Assembly: GCA_018398765.1 (NCBI GenBank)
Contig: JAHBMJ010000464.1
Coordinates: 1 to 47,159 of the forward strand
Length of the DNA stretch: 47,159 bases
From: Chromera velia
Taxonomy: Eukaryota
Reading direction: 5' to 3'
The position numbers were made by a program, and so were the translations under genes. Below the pieces are notes generated by a model that searched no databases, was not told where the DNA came from, and worked only from the letters and a program-made list of their open reading frames with translations. Shown here one piece after another: positions 35,768-47,159 of the stretch. How positions within the stretch are numbered: the first letter of the stretch is position 1; every line of letters begins with the position of its first letter.

Positions 35768-36607
35768 ATTTGTTTGTTTGTTCGTTTGTTTGTTTGTTCG
35801 TTTGTTCGTTCGTTCGTTCCTTCCTTCCTTCCTTCCTTCCTTCCTTGCTTCCTTCCTTCGTTCCTTCATTCGTTCGTTCGTTCCTTCGTTCGTTCATTGG
35901 TTCGTTGGCTCGTTCGTTCGTTGGTTGCTTGGTTCGTTGGCTCGTTCGTTCGTTGGTTGCTTGGTTGGTTTCTTCGTTGGTTGATTCATTGGTTGGTTGG
36001 TTTGCTGCTTCGTTGGTTCGTTCGTTCGTTCGTTCGTTCGTTGGCTCGTTCGTTGCTTGGTTGGTTTGCTGGTTCGTTCGTTCGTTCCTTCGTTCGTTGG
36101 TTGCTTGGTTGGTTTGCTGATTCGTTCGTTCGTTCGTTGGTTGCTTGGTTCGTTCGTTGGTTGCTTGGTTGGTTTCTTCGTTGGTTGATTCATTGATTGG
36201 TTGGTTTGCTGCTTCGTTGGTTCGTTCGTTCGTTGGCTCGTTCGTTCGTTGGTTGGTTGGTTTGCTGGTTCGTTCGTTCGTTAATTGGCTCGTTCGTTCG
36301 TTGGTTGGTTGGTTGCCATGGTTGGGTTGTTCGTTGGTTCGTTGGTTTGTTCGTTGGTTGGTTGGTTTGTTTGTTTGTTTGGGTGTCTGTTTGGATGTCT
36401 GTTTGCTTGTTTGTTTGGCTGTTTGTCTGGGTGCTTTTTTCGGTGTTTTTTTGGTTGTTTGTCTGGGTTCCTGTCTGGTTGTTTGTTTAGCTATTTGTTT
36501 GGGTGTCTGTTTGCTTGTTTGTTTGGGTGTTTGTTTGGCTGTTTGTCAGGGTGTTCATCTCGGTGTCAGTTTGGTTGTTTGTTTGTCTGGGTGTTTGTTT
36601 GCTTGTT

Positions 36608-36642
<35 letters not shown>

Positions 36643-37070
36643 TTGTGTGTCTGTCTGTTTGTTTGTTTGTGTGTTTAGTTTGTTTGCGTGTTTGTTTGGC
36701 TGTTTGTCTGTGTGTTTCTTTCGGTGTTTGTTTGGTTGTTTGTTTGGGTGTTGGTTAAACTTTGTCTGGGTGTTTGTTTGGCTGTTTGTTTGTCTGTCTG
36801 TTTGGGTGTCTGTTTGCTTGTTTGTTTAAGTATCTGTTTATTTGGGTGTTTGTCTGTTTGGGTGTCTGTCTGTTTGTTTGAGTGTCTGTCTGTTTGGGTG
36901 TTTGTTTGTTTGGGTGTCTGTCTGTTTGTTTGGGTGTTTGTTTGTTCGTGTGTTTCTTTGTTTGGGTGTTTATTTCGGTGTTTTTTTGGTTGTTTGTTTG
37001 GGTGTTCAATTGTTTGGGTGATGAAGTGTTTGGCTTTTGAATTGTTTAGCTGTTTGTATGTTTGGGTGTG
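35768..37070. repeat. 1.3-kb degenerate tetranucleotide array (TTCG/TTGG/TTTG/TCTG) with internal duplications
   Basis: Almost no A on the + strand. The block ggttgcttggttggtttcttcgttggttgattcatt occurs near both 35954 and 36160. Confidence 0.95.
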
Positions 37071-37840
37071 GAATTTAATGGAATTTAGATAAGTAGATTC
37101 TGTAGGCCGGCCACGAACGACGGGCCCGCGGAGGGGCGGTGCTGCGGGGCAGCTGCAAGGCTAGCTGCAAGGCGCGCGCGTGGAACTTAATAAATGTGGC
37201 ACGGCAGAACGGGTGAAGCAGGAAATTCTATGCCAGGATCGATTCTCAGGAATAAACTTTCAATAAAGTGACGTTGATATCCCTGCCTGTTCTATGCATG
37301 CGCTATAGCGGTGGACTGTGCTCTTCAAGGGAACGCTGTATAAACTCTTCTACGTCAAAATCTTACCTTCCTTCTCTAAACTTGAGTCTATAAAGGGTGT
37401 ACACAGAAAAAAAAATGAAAGTACTAGCTCGGTACATAACCTACAGATAGGTTGGTCAGAGCCTATATGGATCACCGGCTTTAACCTCATACATCATTAT
37501 CAGATTCCAGGGAAGATTAAAAATAAGGCGGACGTGCTAGGATTCTGACAGCCTAGGAACGGATCTTAAATGCAGTTTCCCCCCCTTCCAGGGTAAATTC
37601 GACTATAAATCTATCAAAGTCCACTAAATTCCAAGGGTAAATTGCATCAACTTTTACTAAATTCCCGGGGAATTCCACCCAGTTTTGTAGGGTGTGTTTG
37701 ATAATAATAGACCAATGATCCTAGCAATGATCATATACTATAATATAACCATTCAGCTAAACATAATAAAACATTCAGTACCACTATATATATAAAATCC
37801 CGAAGTCACACCATCATAGTCTGAGCCTCAGCGATGGGGC

Positions 37841-38964
37841 CTAGGTGTATTAGTGTTAGTAAATGCCGCAGGCGATAAATGCCGTTGTTGATACTAGAAG
37901 TATAAACGGCACTGATCGACAACGACATTTATGTTTCAATATAATGCCGTCATATTTCATAGTTTGCTTAGAGTCTTAGTACTAAAGTTAGTAGTAGACT
38001 AACGGCCCGACCTTCGATCTGAATTGATCAACCCGGCCTATAGGACCTAGTATAGGACTTTCATAAATTTAACTAGAAATTTAAGAAGTGTGGAATTAAC
38101 TGCCAAAAATATCTTGACTGTAGACTGGAATCTACTGCATGATCATCAACTGACTAACTATAAGATCTGAGTTCAACAAATGTACAATAATTTTTATTTA
38201 TGTTGTTGGACTAGCTGTTGGAGTCCACAGTGCAGTAACTATGCATTCATTATCCCCTGTTGGAAGTAAGTTACCTGCATGGACCAGATGGAGAGTGTTG
38301 GTATGTGTTTTATCATCATTGATACATCATAGCCCTTTCTAGACTTCTGAGTGTAGAGAGGCCTGTTTGGCCTGAGCTTTTTCAGATGTCAGACCTTAGT
38401 CTGGTCCTCAAAAGTCCGTTCTTTGGACTCCTCATAACTCTAGGAGTCGTTTTTTCTGCTTTAAAAAATGCTTAGAACTAAGCTTAGAATAGTGAGATCG
38501 ACAGTTGTAGTGATTGCTTGATTGAATTTCTCATGATAAACTCTTTAATCGATCAATCATTCTTACTAAGTGACATTCTATATGGAGAGACTCAATTAAT
38601 CTATTGATATCTACTGCACAGTAGTAAAAACGTCATTTTTACTATAAAATGCCGTTTCAAATGCCAATGTCAACACTAGAGGTGTTGTAAATGTCAACAT
38701 TCAGCACTAACGGCATTTACCAACCCTAAGGTGTATCACAGCAAAAGAAAAAAAAATAATAAACCAGAATTGGCTTAAATTCTTTTTTTTTTTTAAATGC
38801 AATTAACACCTAAGCAACACGTGTGCAACACCAAAATACACTAAAGCAACACTTATGTAACACTTGAGCAACAGTTGTTTGTCACCTAACATCGTCGGGA
38901 AAAAAAAAAAAAATTAAGCGAGGATGGGCTTAAATTATTTTTTTTTTCTCTGTGATATGCCTAG
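37841..38964. mobile_element. older MITE (8-bp TSD) interrupted inside its left TIR by a second element
   Basis: After removing the inner element, the left end CTAGGTGTATCACAG matches the reverse complement of the right end CTAGGCATATCACAG (13/15), and the similarity continues through the A-tracts. Flanks GATGGGGC (37833-37840) and GATAGGGC (38965-38972) match at 7/8. Confidence 0.7.
37851..38728. mobile_element. non-autonomous hAT-like element, 878 bp, perfect 8-bp TSD
   Basis: TIRs TAGTGTTAGTAAATGCCG versus reverse complement TAGGGTTGGTAAATGCCG (16/18). TSD AGGTGTAT at 37843-37850 and 38729-38736. Subterminal AATGCCG/CGGCA motifs repeat at both ends. No ORF. Confidence 0.85.
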
Positions 38965-39946
38965 GATAGGGCGCACCCCCCTGCCGTTTGCGGGAGGGAC
39001 CTCTAGTAGGTCCTCTACAAGACAAAACGGTGACAGTGCTCAAGGCTAGGCTCAAAGGCACCAATCTAGGGACCTAGCTAGGGACCAATAAATCACTTAT
39101 CACTTATCTGACAGACTGACACTATCACGGTATATCAATTTATGTCAGCTATAAGTCTTTGTGTTTTCTTCAGCTCTTCTCAAACGAAGTCTCGAACGAA
39201 GTTCTTCTTTTTTTTTTTCTTGAATTTAAAGGTAATCCACGCAAGCACATGGACGAGAACGGTCCTAGGAAGCCTAAGGAAGGAGTAGGAACAGTCTTTT
39301 TCCCTCTTCCAAATACATCAGGATTTAAAGTTTTACCAGCGGTTGCGATGGTTTAAAAGTACAATATATGGTACATGTTAAGTAATGTGCATGCCACACT
39401 GCATGAATGTATGGTGCAAGGTGGACGTCAGACAACTGGCACGCAGGTTTAGCTAAGGCTTCGGCCTTGAATACAATGTAAATTCTGTAATATACTATCT
39501 GAATTCCTACATGTCGCCATGGTCAAAGCTAAGATCAAAGTTGGACATTCGGCATTCGGGCGGCTAGTCGGGCACGAGGTCATTTCTCCAGACATTAACC
39601 TAGACATTAACCAATCAATCACTCAATCAATCCTGATCCTAATCCGGAACATTAACTATATACTAGACTATATAGAACATTAATTACTAATTAGTCTTAT
39701 ATATAGGCTATTTCATGTTATATATGTTACTGAGATTTTCACACAGAAAGAGCCTTAATTCTATAGTCTTAATTCTGAGAACCCTGAATTTATAGCAAAA
39801 CACAGCAAAACACTACAAAACACACTTATATACCTAAACATTTAGATTTTATAAATTGTTACAGAATGGCACACTAGATAGCATACAAAGAGTTATTAAG
39901 GTAACCGTATAAACCCCTGCATCGCGTCATTAAATGAACAGACTGG

Positions 39947-40168
39947 TCATTCGGCATCATCAAGCGATCTCGTACCGACTGGAGCCTTATACCGCGGACT
40001 TCCAGGGCCTATTCCGATATGTGCTTCCACCCCTTCACTGATGATGGGAATCTGGTTGAGCCTGCAGACAGACAGAAGCGAGGATGGAGCATTTGAGAAA
40101 GAAAGAGCGAGCGTAGAAGATAAGACCCTTTTCCTCATGCCATTTCCCGTCTCTTTTATGTCTCATGT

Positions 40169-40205
<37 letters not shown>

Positions 40206-40206
40206 G

Positions 40207-40237
<31 letters not shown>

Positions 40238-40263
40238 AAACTTACATAAACCCAAACTCACAT

Positions 40264-40295
<32 letters not shown>

Positions 40296-40362
40296 GCAGG
40301 GGGGGGGGAGAGAGGGAGAGGGAGAGCGGGCGGGACATATATATATATATATATATATATAA

Positions 40363-40410
<48 letters not shown>

Positions 40411-40910
40411 GCGGAAAAGGCTGCCGGAGAAGCACATGGGTCATTCTGATAAAAAGACTGTTAGGAGCCGGAGAGCAACACATATGCGGAACAGCACCTC
40501 AGGATAAAATCGTCGCAAGGCCAGAAAAGAATAGAGAAGAGAAGAGAAGAAGAGGGAAGAAAAGCACAGACCGCCATGCAGACAGAAGGCAAACGGAAGA
40601 GAGAAAAAGAAGAACAGCGACCACTGGTATGTAGAGATATCCATAAAAAGGGCAAGGAAGACATGAGAAACAGGTCGACCGACCTTTTGCGGGCAGCTGC
40701 AACCATTCCGCTTCCAATGGACGCGAAACTAGAAATCAGAATCATCTGCAGGAGGGAAAGAAAAGAGCCAAGGCACACAAAATGTGCAGGGGGGGGAAGA
40801 AGGTTGATGACAAGGCAGCCACCCAAGCAGGGGAGTGTGGCAGAAGAAGAGACAGGGAAGGAGAGGGTGTTCTCATTCTCCTTGTGATTCCCTTTTCAAG
40901 AACAGGCGAA

Positions 40911-40944
<34 letters not shown>

Positions 40945-42853
40945 AGCAAACAAACAGACAAACGAACAAACCAACAAAAAAAGAGCAAAGAAAGAAACTG
41001 TCAGATTCGTCGAACTTGGAGTGCGGAAGCTGGTCTCAGGAGGTGCACTTTTTGCATCTAGTCTGCAAGCTGCAGGGCTCATACTATCCATTGGGTCAGT
41101 AAGGCCCTATCTCTTTCTGACTGACTGACTGACTGACTCACTCACTCACTCACTCACTGACTGACTGACTCACTCACTCACTCACTCACTGACTGACTGA
41201 CTGACTGACTGACCATTGTCAGGAGGTCATTGATGGGATTTTCGTCCAGTGGATGCAGGTTGAAGACACGATAGTAGAGGGTCAGGACAACCCCCTGAAT
41301 GATCGTCAGAAGCATTGCCTGCAAGAATGGATGGATGGATGGATCAAGAACAAACAATCATGCAGGGCAACGAAGAAAAAGCGACGCCAGATAAAAAAAA
41401 AGTGAGGGAGATGCAAAGACCCATACACAGACGTGAAGAGCGGACAGACGTCAAGGACTGAAAGTAACTCACTCCCGAATGACATTTGAGATAGTGGGTG
41501 GCCTGTTCTCTACAGAGCGTTTCACACATCGCAGAAACAGTCCTGCCTCTCTTTCTTTCCTCGTTCACTCCTTCGTTTTGTCCTGCGTTGCTGACTTCGG
41601 TCATCGAATTAATTTGATTTCAAAACCGACCTGCAGAGCGTGGTACCGAACGATGTAGGGAATGGGCAACTTCCTGTCCGCAAACTTGCCCTGCACTAGA
41701 ATGAAGTATGACCCCAGGAACGATGCGTAGTGCATCATCGGGATGCTCTGCCAGTAGAAGATTCCTCGGCCCCATACGTCCAGCAGGGTCCTCAGGAAGG
41801 GAAAACGAATCGCAATGGAGGGACTGAAGGTCTGCACAAAGGGGGGGGGGGGCAGATCAAATCGGAAGAATTCAAATGACGACAATGTCAAGAACGATGC
41901 ACAAATTGCGTGTGATGATTCAAGTGGAACACCGACACGCCTGCTGGGGGGGGGGTGGTCTACTGAGGCGACCAAAAGGCAAGTTATAAGTTGTTGTTCG
42001 GATTCACGAAGACCTTGTTGGGCAGTAGACACACGCGTACACACACGCAGACTGTCACGCGCGGACACAGACAGAGAGTGGGAGGGGAGAGGAGGCAGGC
42101 AGGCAGGCAGATACAGAGACAGACTTACTGACTGCATGCTTCATTTTCTCTTCCTTGTTTCTACGCTACTTCTCTTTTCTTTTCTTTAATTCTCTCTCTC
42201 GACTGATCCACTTCCTGGGTCAGGGGGAGCAGATTTGTTTTCAGACAGACGGATGAGAAAAGGGGAAAGAAAGCAGCCAAACGTATTTGTCCGTATGCAG
42301 GTGAGAGAGGCGGGGGGGCATTCAGACAGCAGGACACGGGGACGACACAATACCACAGGAGACGGTGAAGAAGGAAATAAGGGTCCCGACATCCCCCGTT
42401 CAAACAGTTCAGGCATCAACTCATACAAAGGCAGCGGTCAATACCAATCCACTCTTCTCTCACGTCGCAACCACCCCAATCCTCCGTCACACTGACCGCT
42501 ACAAGATCGTTCATGCTGATCAAATACATGAAGACTGAAACGACAGGGCACCAAGGTCGAACTTTATACCCTATTCCATTATCCTTCTTTTGTGGGTTCC
42601 TATTCAACGCTGCACCCCCACCCCTCTTTTGTTGGAAAAGGGTGGACAGCGCCTGTCCGTCTGTCCTCACTCCTATGGTGGTCAGAGGGGAGGCATTGAA
42701 CGGAGACGGCAACCGAGAATGGGGGCTTCGAGACGATGAGAGACCACCAAGCTGTTGCCGTGGTTGCAGGAATGCCTCCCCACTCCTTAGTGACGTGCGT
42801 GCAGCAGTAGCACTCACAAGAGACGCCACCACAGCAAGGGAATAGGTCCTCAT
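39947..42853 (-). CDS. tic20: Tic20-family plastid inner-membrane protein import component with bipartite targeting leader (5 exons)
   Basis: Exons 42853-~42503, 41831-41631, 41318-41214, 40745-40684 and 40061-39947. Signal peptide MRTYSLAVVASLVSATAA, then a Ser/Arg-rich transit peptide containing AF. Tic20-like motifs SVFMYLISMNDL, RFPFL, IPYIVRYHALQ|AMLLTI and LNQIPIISEGVEAHIG. Confidence 0.8.
40987..41018 (-). repeat. dispersed 32-bp intronic element, copy 2 (identical to 12630-12661)
   Basis: Exact 32-nt match, located in tic20 intron 3. Confidence 0.85.
41117..41213 (-). repeat. (GTCA)/(GTGA) tetramer array starting exactly at a splice donor
   Basis: About 24 tetramers beginning at the GT of tic20 intron 3 (41213). 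Confidence 0.95.
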
Positions 42854-43652
42854 CTTTTGAATGAGGGTATAGTAGACTCGCCAAAGTCGATAAGCCCGGA
42901 GACTGACTCAGTTGGAGCTGTTGTGCCGCGTGGAGGAGAACCTGACTTTCCGCGAATATGTTCCCTTGATCGTCGTGCGGACACTTGTATCGATGTGTTC
43001 GTCACTGGTGCACCATAGCGCACCTCCACGCTCTCTCTGATCCTAACTTTCTGAAATCTGGGCGTCTCATGGCGTCATGTGGCGTCTCTCTTTAGCCAAA
43101 TCTGGGCCCATCATGGCCGCATGCAGGCCCGCTACGCCATATACATCCCACCCATCAGGCCCCGGCATGAAGGCAATGTTGCGCGGTGTTGCTTCAATGA
43201 ACAACAGTTGTTTACTCGATCACGCAAGTGACGCAACGTAATACATATATATATACGTACGTATACATGTACGCCTTCATGCATGGGGGGATATATATAC
43301 GAGAATACTCGTTTGCATGTGATGAAAGTGCCTTTCTAGCTGTAAGCCTGAATGTGCGGATGTATGGTGATTGGATTTGTTGTATCGACCGTGTGAAGTC
43401 GACTGGGTAGGTTGCCCTCTGAAGACAAACTGCAACTCCATCTCCATTGAGTCAGTGACAATACAGATGTCTATATGAGCAGAACGGGACCCGTTTTTGC
43501 TCTCTTTTGAAGGGGAAAAGCCAAAAGGAACTGCAGCCACCTCATTAGAAAGCACGAAACACTAAAAAGCAGTCAAGTAGACGGGCAGACGGCCAGACCT
43601 TTGTACGCCGACTCAAGTGGACGGCTCACTCGAAGAGGAAGAATCGGTCCTC

Positions 43653-45151
43653 ATGCAAGGAGGGACAGCCCTCTGTGTGGCCGCTTTCTTCTTCATCATC
43701 ACGGGGCCCTGGTGCCTCAAGGCGCAGAGTCAGTCTGGAAACTAAGGGGATCACTTCTCTGCATGCAGGCAGAAATTACTGTTACATATGCGTGTCACCC
43801 CAAAAGACTCAGTCGGGCAGTCAGTCGGTCAGGAAGCAGGCAAGAAGTCTCTTTGGTTGTGTTTCATTGCACTCTTTGTGTGCATATGAGCCTCTTTCTA
43901 ATTCAGCACTCGTGGGAGACGGAGCTTTTCTTATTGACAGTCCTGACACATGCACACTTTGTTAGCAACAACGCTGAATGCACGGTGTTGCTTGCACGGC
44001 AACTTGACCGAGACACTCGTGAGGAAGACTCAGAAAGAGAAGGATCGCCTCAGATCAGGTCTCACAGTGCTAAAAACGTAAGACGTATGTTTCTGGGCAC
44101 ACAGAAGTTCCCCGAACTTACGAACCGCCGATTTCCGTCTCTGCGTTTGCCCATGTATTGCCGTATGGAGCTCCAGTCGTGCGGGACAGTCGGGTGGCAT
44201 CAAGCAATTGTGAAGGGAAAAGGGCAATCGGCGACGGTGTGTGCACGTCGTTCCTTCGTCAGAAAAAGATGAACAATGTGGAGATAGGCCGACAGCATGA
44301 ACCCACCTTGACCTTTAAAAGTGAATGCATCATCATCATGATTGCATGTTTTCGCAGATAGCTTGGCATACTGCGAGAGAGCCTGCTACCAATTTGACGA
44401 GACCATCACGAGTACCTGTAACAGCGACTGTGAGTGCGATGGCCTGCGGATATGCCAGAATACCATCTGCCAAGGCTCTACTGGGAGATCTGCGACGTGC
44501 GACAATGACATCAACAGCTGTTGCCCTGATGGTCCGTTCGTTCGTTCGTTCTTTCGATAGCTATATAGGTTTATTGGTATGCTCTTTCACTTCTCATTTT
44601 GTTCTACAAGATGATTGATCTCAGGCATGAATGCCGGCTTGCATTGTTCTCATATCCGACTCGGAGAATCAATCCCTCCCTTCCCCTTTTCATGACAATG
44701 TTAGACAGTCCAAAGCTCCGCTTGTGGCTTCGGATTGGGCTTCCGTTGAATCTCCGATTAAATCCCTTAGACCATCATCATCATCAACATTATCACGTAC
44801 GCAGTTTATCCAGCTTCTTTGTGTCCAGTCCTCTCCTCTATCTGTTGCATGACACTGGAACAGCGAATGAATATCGATGGGTGTGGGACATGTCGGTTGA
44901 TCTGGTCAAGTCCGATTTGTGGAGACACACACAGAACACAGCAGAGCGAAAAGCTTCGGCCCTTCTCTTCCCTTTCCTGCACAGGACAAGAAAACTACCG
45001 GTAGACCAGATGCATTGCTTCTTCTGTTGTCTGGTTTTTCTCATTCGGACAACAGAAAGCCCAGACGAATGGACGGACGGAAATACAGGCAGATGTATTG
45101 ACAAAGGAACTGAAAGGCAAACGGAAATAGATACACAGAAAAAAAAAAGAC

Positions 45152-45186
<35 letters not shown>

Positions 45187-45494
45187 TGGATGGATGGATG
45201 AGTGGATGGATGGATGGATGGATGGATGGATGGACGGAGGAAAACGAGAAACGAAAAATATAAGACGCGCGCTCTACAGCGGACGCGTCACTATGTTTCT
45301 TGCTCTTACAGTCTGGTACGTTGTGTGCATGTATCTGGTTGCATGTGTTTGTGTCTGCAGATGCACCAATAACGAATCCCCCGATTGTCCCCTACGGCAC
45401 CTCATCGGTCATCCTTTTAATAATCGGCTTCACAATGCTTATTGGCTGGAGCAGCTTTACGCTGTTTTATGTCGTCGGGCGCAGATCGTCCTGA
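43653..45494 (+). CDS. small Cys-rich type I membrane protein (signal peptide, Cys module, C-terminal TM helix; 3 exons, ~127 aa)
   Basis: Phase-1-compatible exons 43653-43728 ([25 protein letters not shown]), 44358-44531 ([57 protein letters not shown]) and 45361-45494 ([44 protein letters not shown]). Confidence 0.75.
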
Positions 45495-46822
45495 TAAAGC
45501 AGACTGAGTCCTTTCATGCAGTCTGCAAGTATCAGACTACTGGCAAAACATCCAATTAAGTCCTGAACTAGGTTCTAAGTCAATTGATTCACTTAGTTCT
45601 ACATATATTGCGCATATATTGATTATAATTTTACCTATAATATATTTTAATTTTTTTTTAAAAAAGAGAAAAACTGGAGAAAGAGTTTTTTTTTTTTTTG
45701 AGAATCGAGAAAAATGTACCTAACACCCAATTAGTCTAGCAATTAGTAAATCACATACAGCCGAAAATTGGCGATTCAAAATTTTATGAAAGTTATGAAT
45801 CTTATGATTAAGCAATTTTCCGAAAAAAAAACAGTTTAACAACTCATTTCCTTGAATCTTTGTTGTTCCCTCTAGTGTTCCCTACAAACTTCTCCCCAGA
45901 TCGTAACCCAAACCTTAAAAACCCTAATAAAAACCAGTTATATCTGCCGCATAATCTGCGGAACAATATGAGACAACTATTGAATGCTATATGCTTAGCA
46001 TGCTATGTTATGCTAACCGTTATGCTAGCAGTTATGATTTATCTGTGTATAGGCAGTTACGGTTCTGACGTCGGTTCATCAAGCACAAAGTTGCCACAAA
46101 CGAGCTAGCTGAGGTAAACGAGTTAATTTAACTAGTGCCCTCTCTTCACTGGTCTTTTTGGTGCTCTCTCTAGAAGGCTTGCTGATAGGCCTAGTGATAG
46201 GCCGCCGAATGGCAGCTTCCTGCAGCGAATTCTGTCCAGAGCATGCATGACGCATGCACCCCTGGATGGATGAACAGTATCTTGTCTGCACTGGCACACT
46301 CGCATGCATGTGCGGACATCGTGCAACTGAATTCTGCATGCGTGATCCGACTAGAACGGAGCCGGTCTGTGAAGGATCCACTTCGGCCGGGCTGTATGGC
46401 TGTACGTCCTGGATGGCCATGCGGGTCTTCCGAGCTAGGGGCCCTTTAGCAGAGCTAGGGGGTGCGTGCAGGATTTGCTGCCCCCTCGTGTATGAAGAGG
46501 GAAAAAAATCAATGGACCCCTTCAACATGTCCTGTCCTTGTCTTCTCCTCTGTGACAAATCACCCAAACCCACACCCACGCACCCCACTTCATCCCTCCG
46601 AGGCCAAACGATTCATTCCCCTTTCATTTGCCACGTTCCCTTTGAATTCAAATTGATCGAAGAAGCGACCAAGAGCTCTTGAAATTCTGAGTCCGTGCAT
46701 GTTCATTGATGATCCGACAAGTCGGCCGCCTTTTTTGCCGCACAATCAACACCTCAACTGCGGCAGCAATGCATCCAGTTTCCCTTTCCTCATTCAAGTC
46801 CAAAAAGACAAGACACACTATT

Positions 46823-46975
46823 TCACTTCTTCTCATCGTCCTTCTTGTCCTCCTCCCTGTTTGCCTTCAGAGCGTCATAGTAGCTCTGCCACTCCTCAAA
46901 GTATCCCTTGGGAATCGAGAGCTCGATCCGAGTGATGCGGGTGATGAACTTCAACTCCTTCGTGTGGAATTTCAC
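46823..46975 (-). CDS. terminal exon of an unidentified gene extending beyond the window
   Basis: Acceptor tgcttgcag, then VKFHTKELKFITRITRIELSIPKGYFEEWQSYYDALKANREEDKKDDEKK* (153 nt). The upstream sequence looks intronic. Confidence 0.55.
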   Translation of the reverse strand: MKFHTKELKFITRITRIELSIPKGYFEEWQSYYDALKANREEDKKDDEKK

Positions 46976-47159
46976 CTGCAAGCAGAGACATCGATCGAGC
47001 CAGTAAGCACAGAGAAGGAATGGAGAGTTGGGTCAAGGGGACAGTCAGGAAGCAAGCCAGAGTATGTGTTTGTTTCTTTCCACCTCTTGTTCTTTCCCCT
47101 ACACACACAGACGCGGAGACAGACAAACCGACACAACCACCCCCCCCCCCCCCCCCCCC

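Noticed and set aside
35512..37092. Hydrophobic 'membrane protein' ORFs (FVRS/LVGW/CLFV repeats)
   Set aside because: They are by-products of an A-depleted tetranucleotide array that rarely forms stop codons.
45900..45936. Telomere-like AAACCCT
   Set aside because: Only one exact unit within degenerate sequence, not an array.

Overview
Eukaryotic nuclear DNA with GT-AG introns full of microsatellites and AT-rich, MITE-littered intergenic gaps. A Tic20 homologue with a bipartite signal+transit leader and TGCATGCA motifs upstream of genes suggest a plastid-bearing alveolate, most likely a chromerid such as Chromera velia (inference). Gene models built by hand from splice sites and reading phase: the 3' end of a Q/P-rich protein; a FYVE-like/PH-like protein; a multi-FKBP+TPR co-chaperone; a single-domain voltage-gated channel with a bacterial-Nav TLESW filter and two EF-hands; an OXNAD1-like oxidoreductase; a frameshifted, truncated cupin; Tic20; a small Cys-rich type I membrane protein; and the last exon of an unknown gene. 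The standout is an apparently intron-free, free-standing two-motif (intein/DOD-type) LAGLIDADG endonuclease ORF (5745-6749) with both catalytic Asp residues intact and no visible host intron or intein. Directly downstream is a 1.49-kb TIR element with a perfect 10-bp TSD that carries a broken gene fragment (Pack-MULE-like). A nested pair of 8-bp-TSD MITEs and a foldback element are also present. All family assignments come from motif recognition by eye; no database searches were run.
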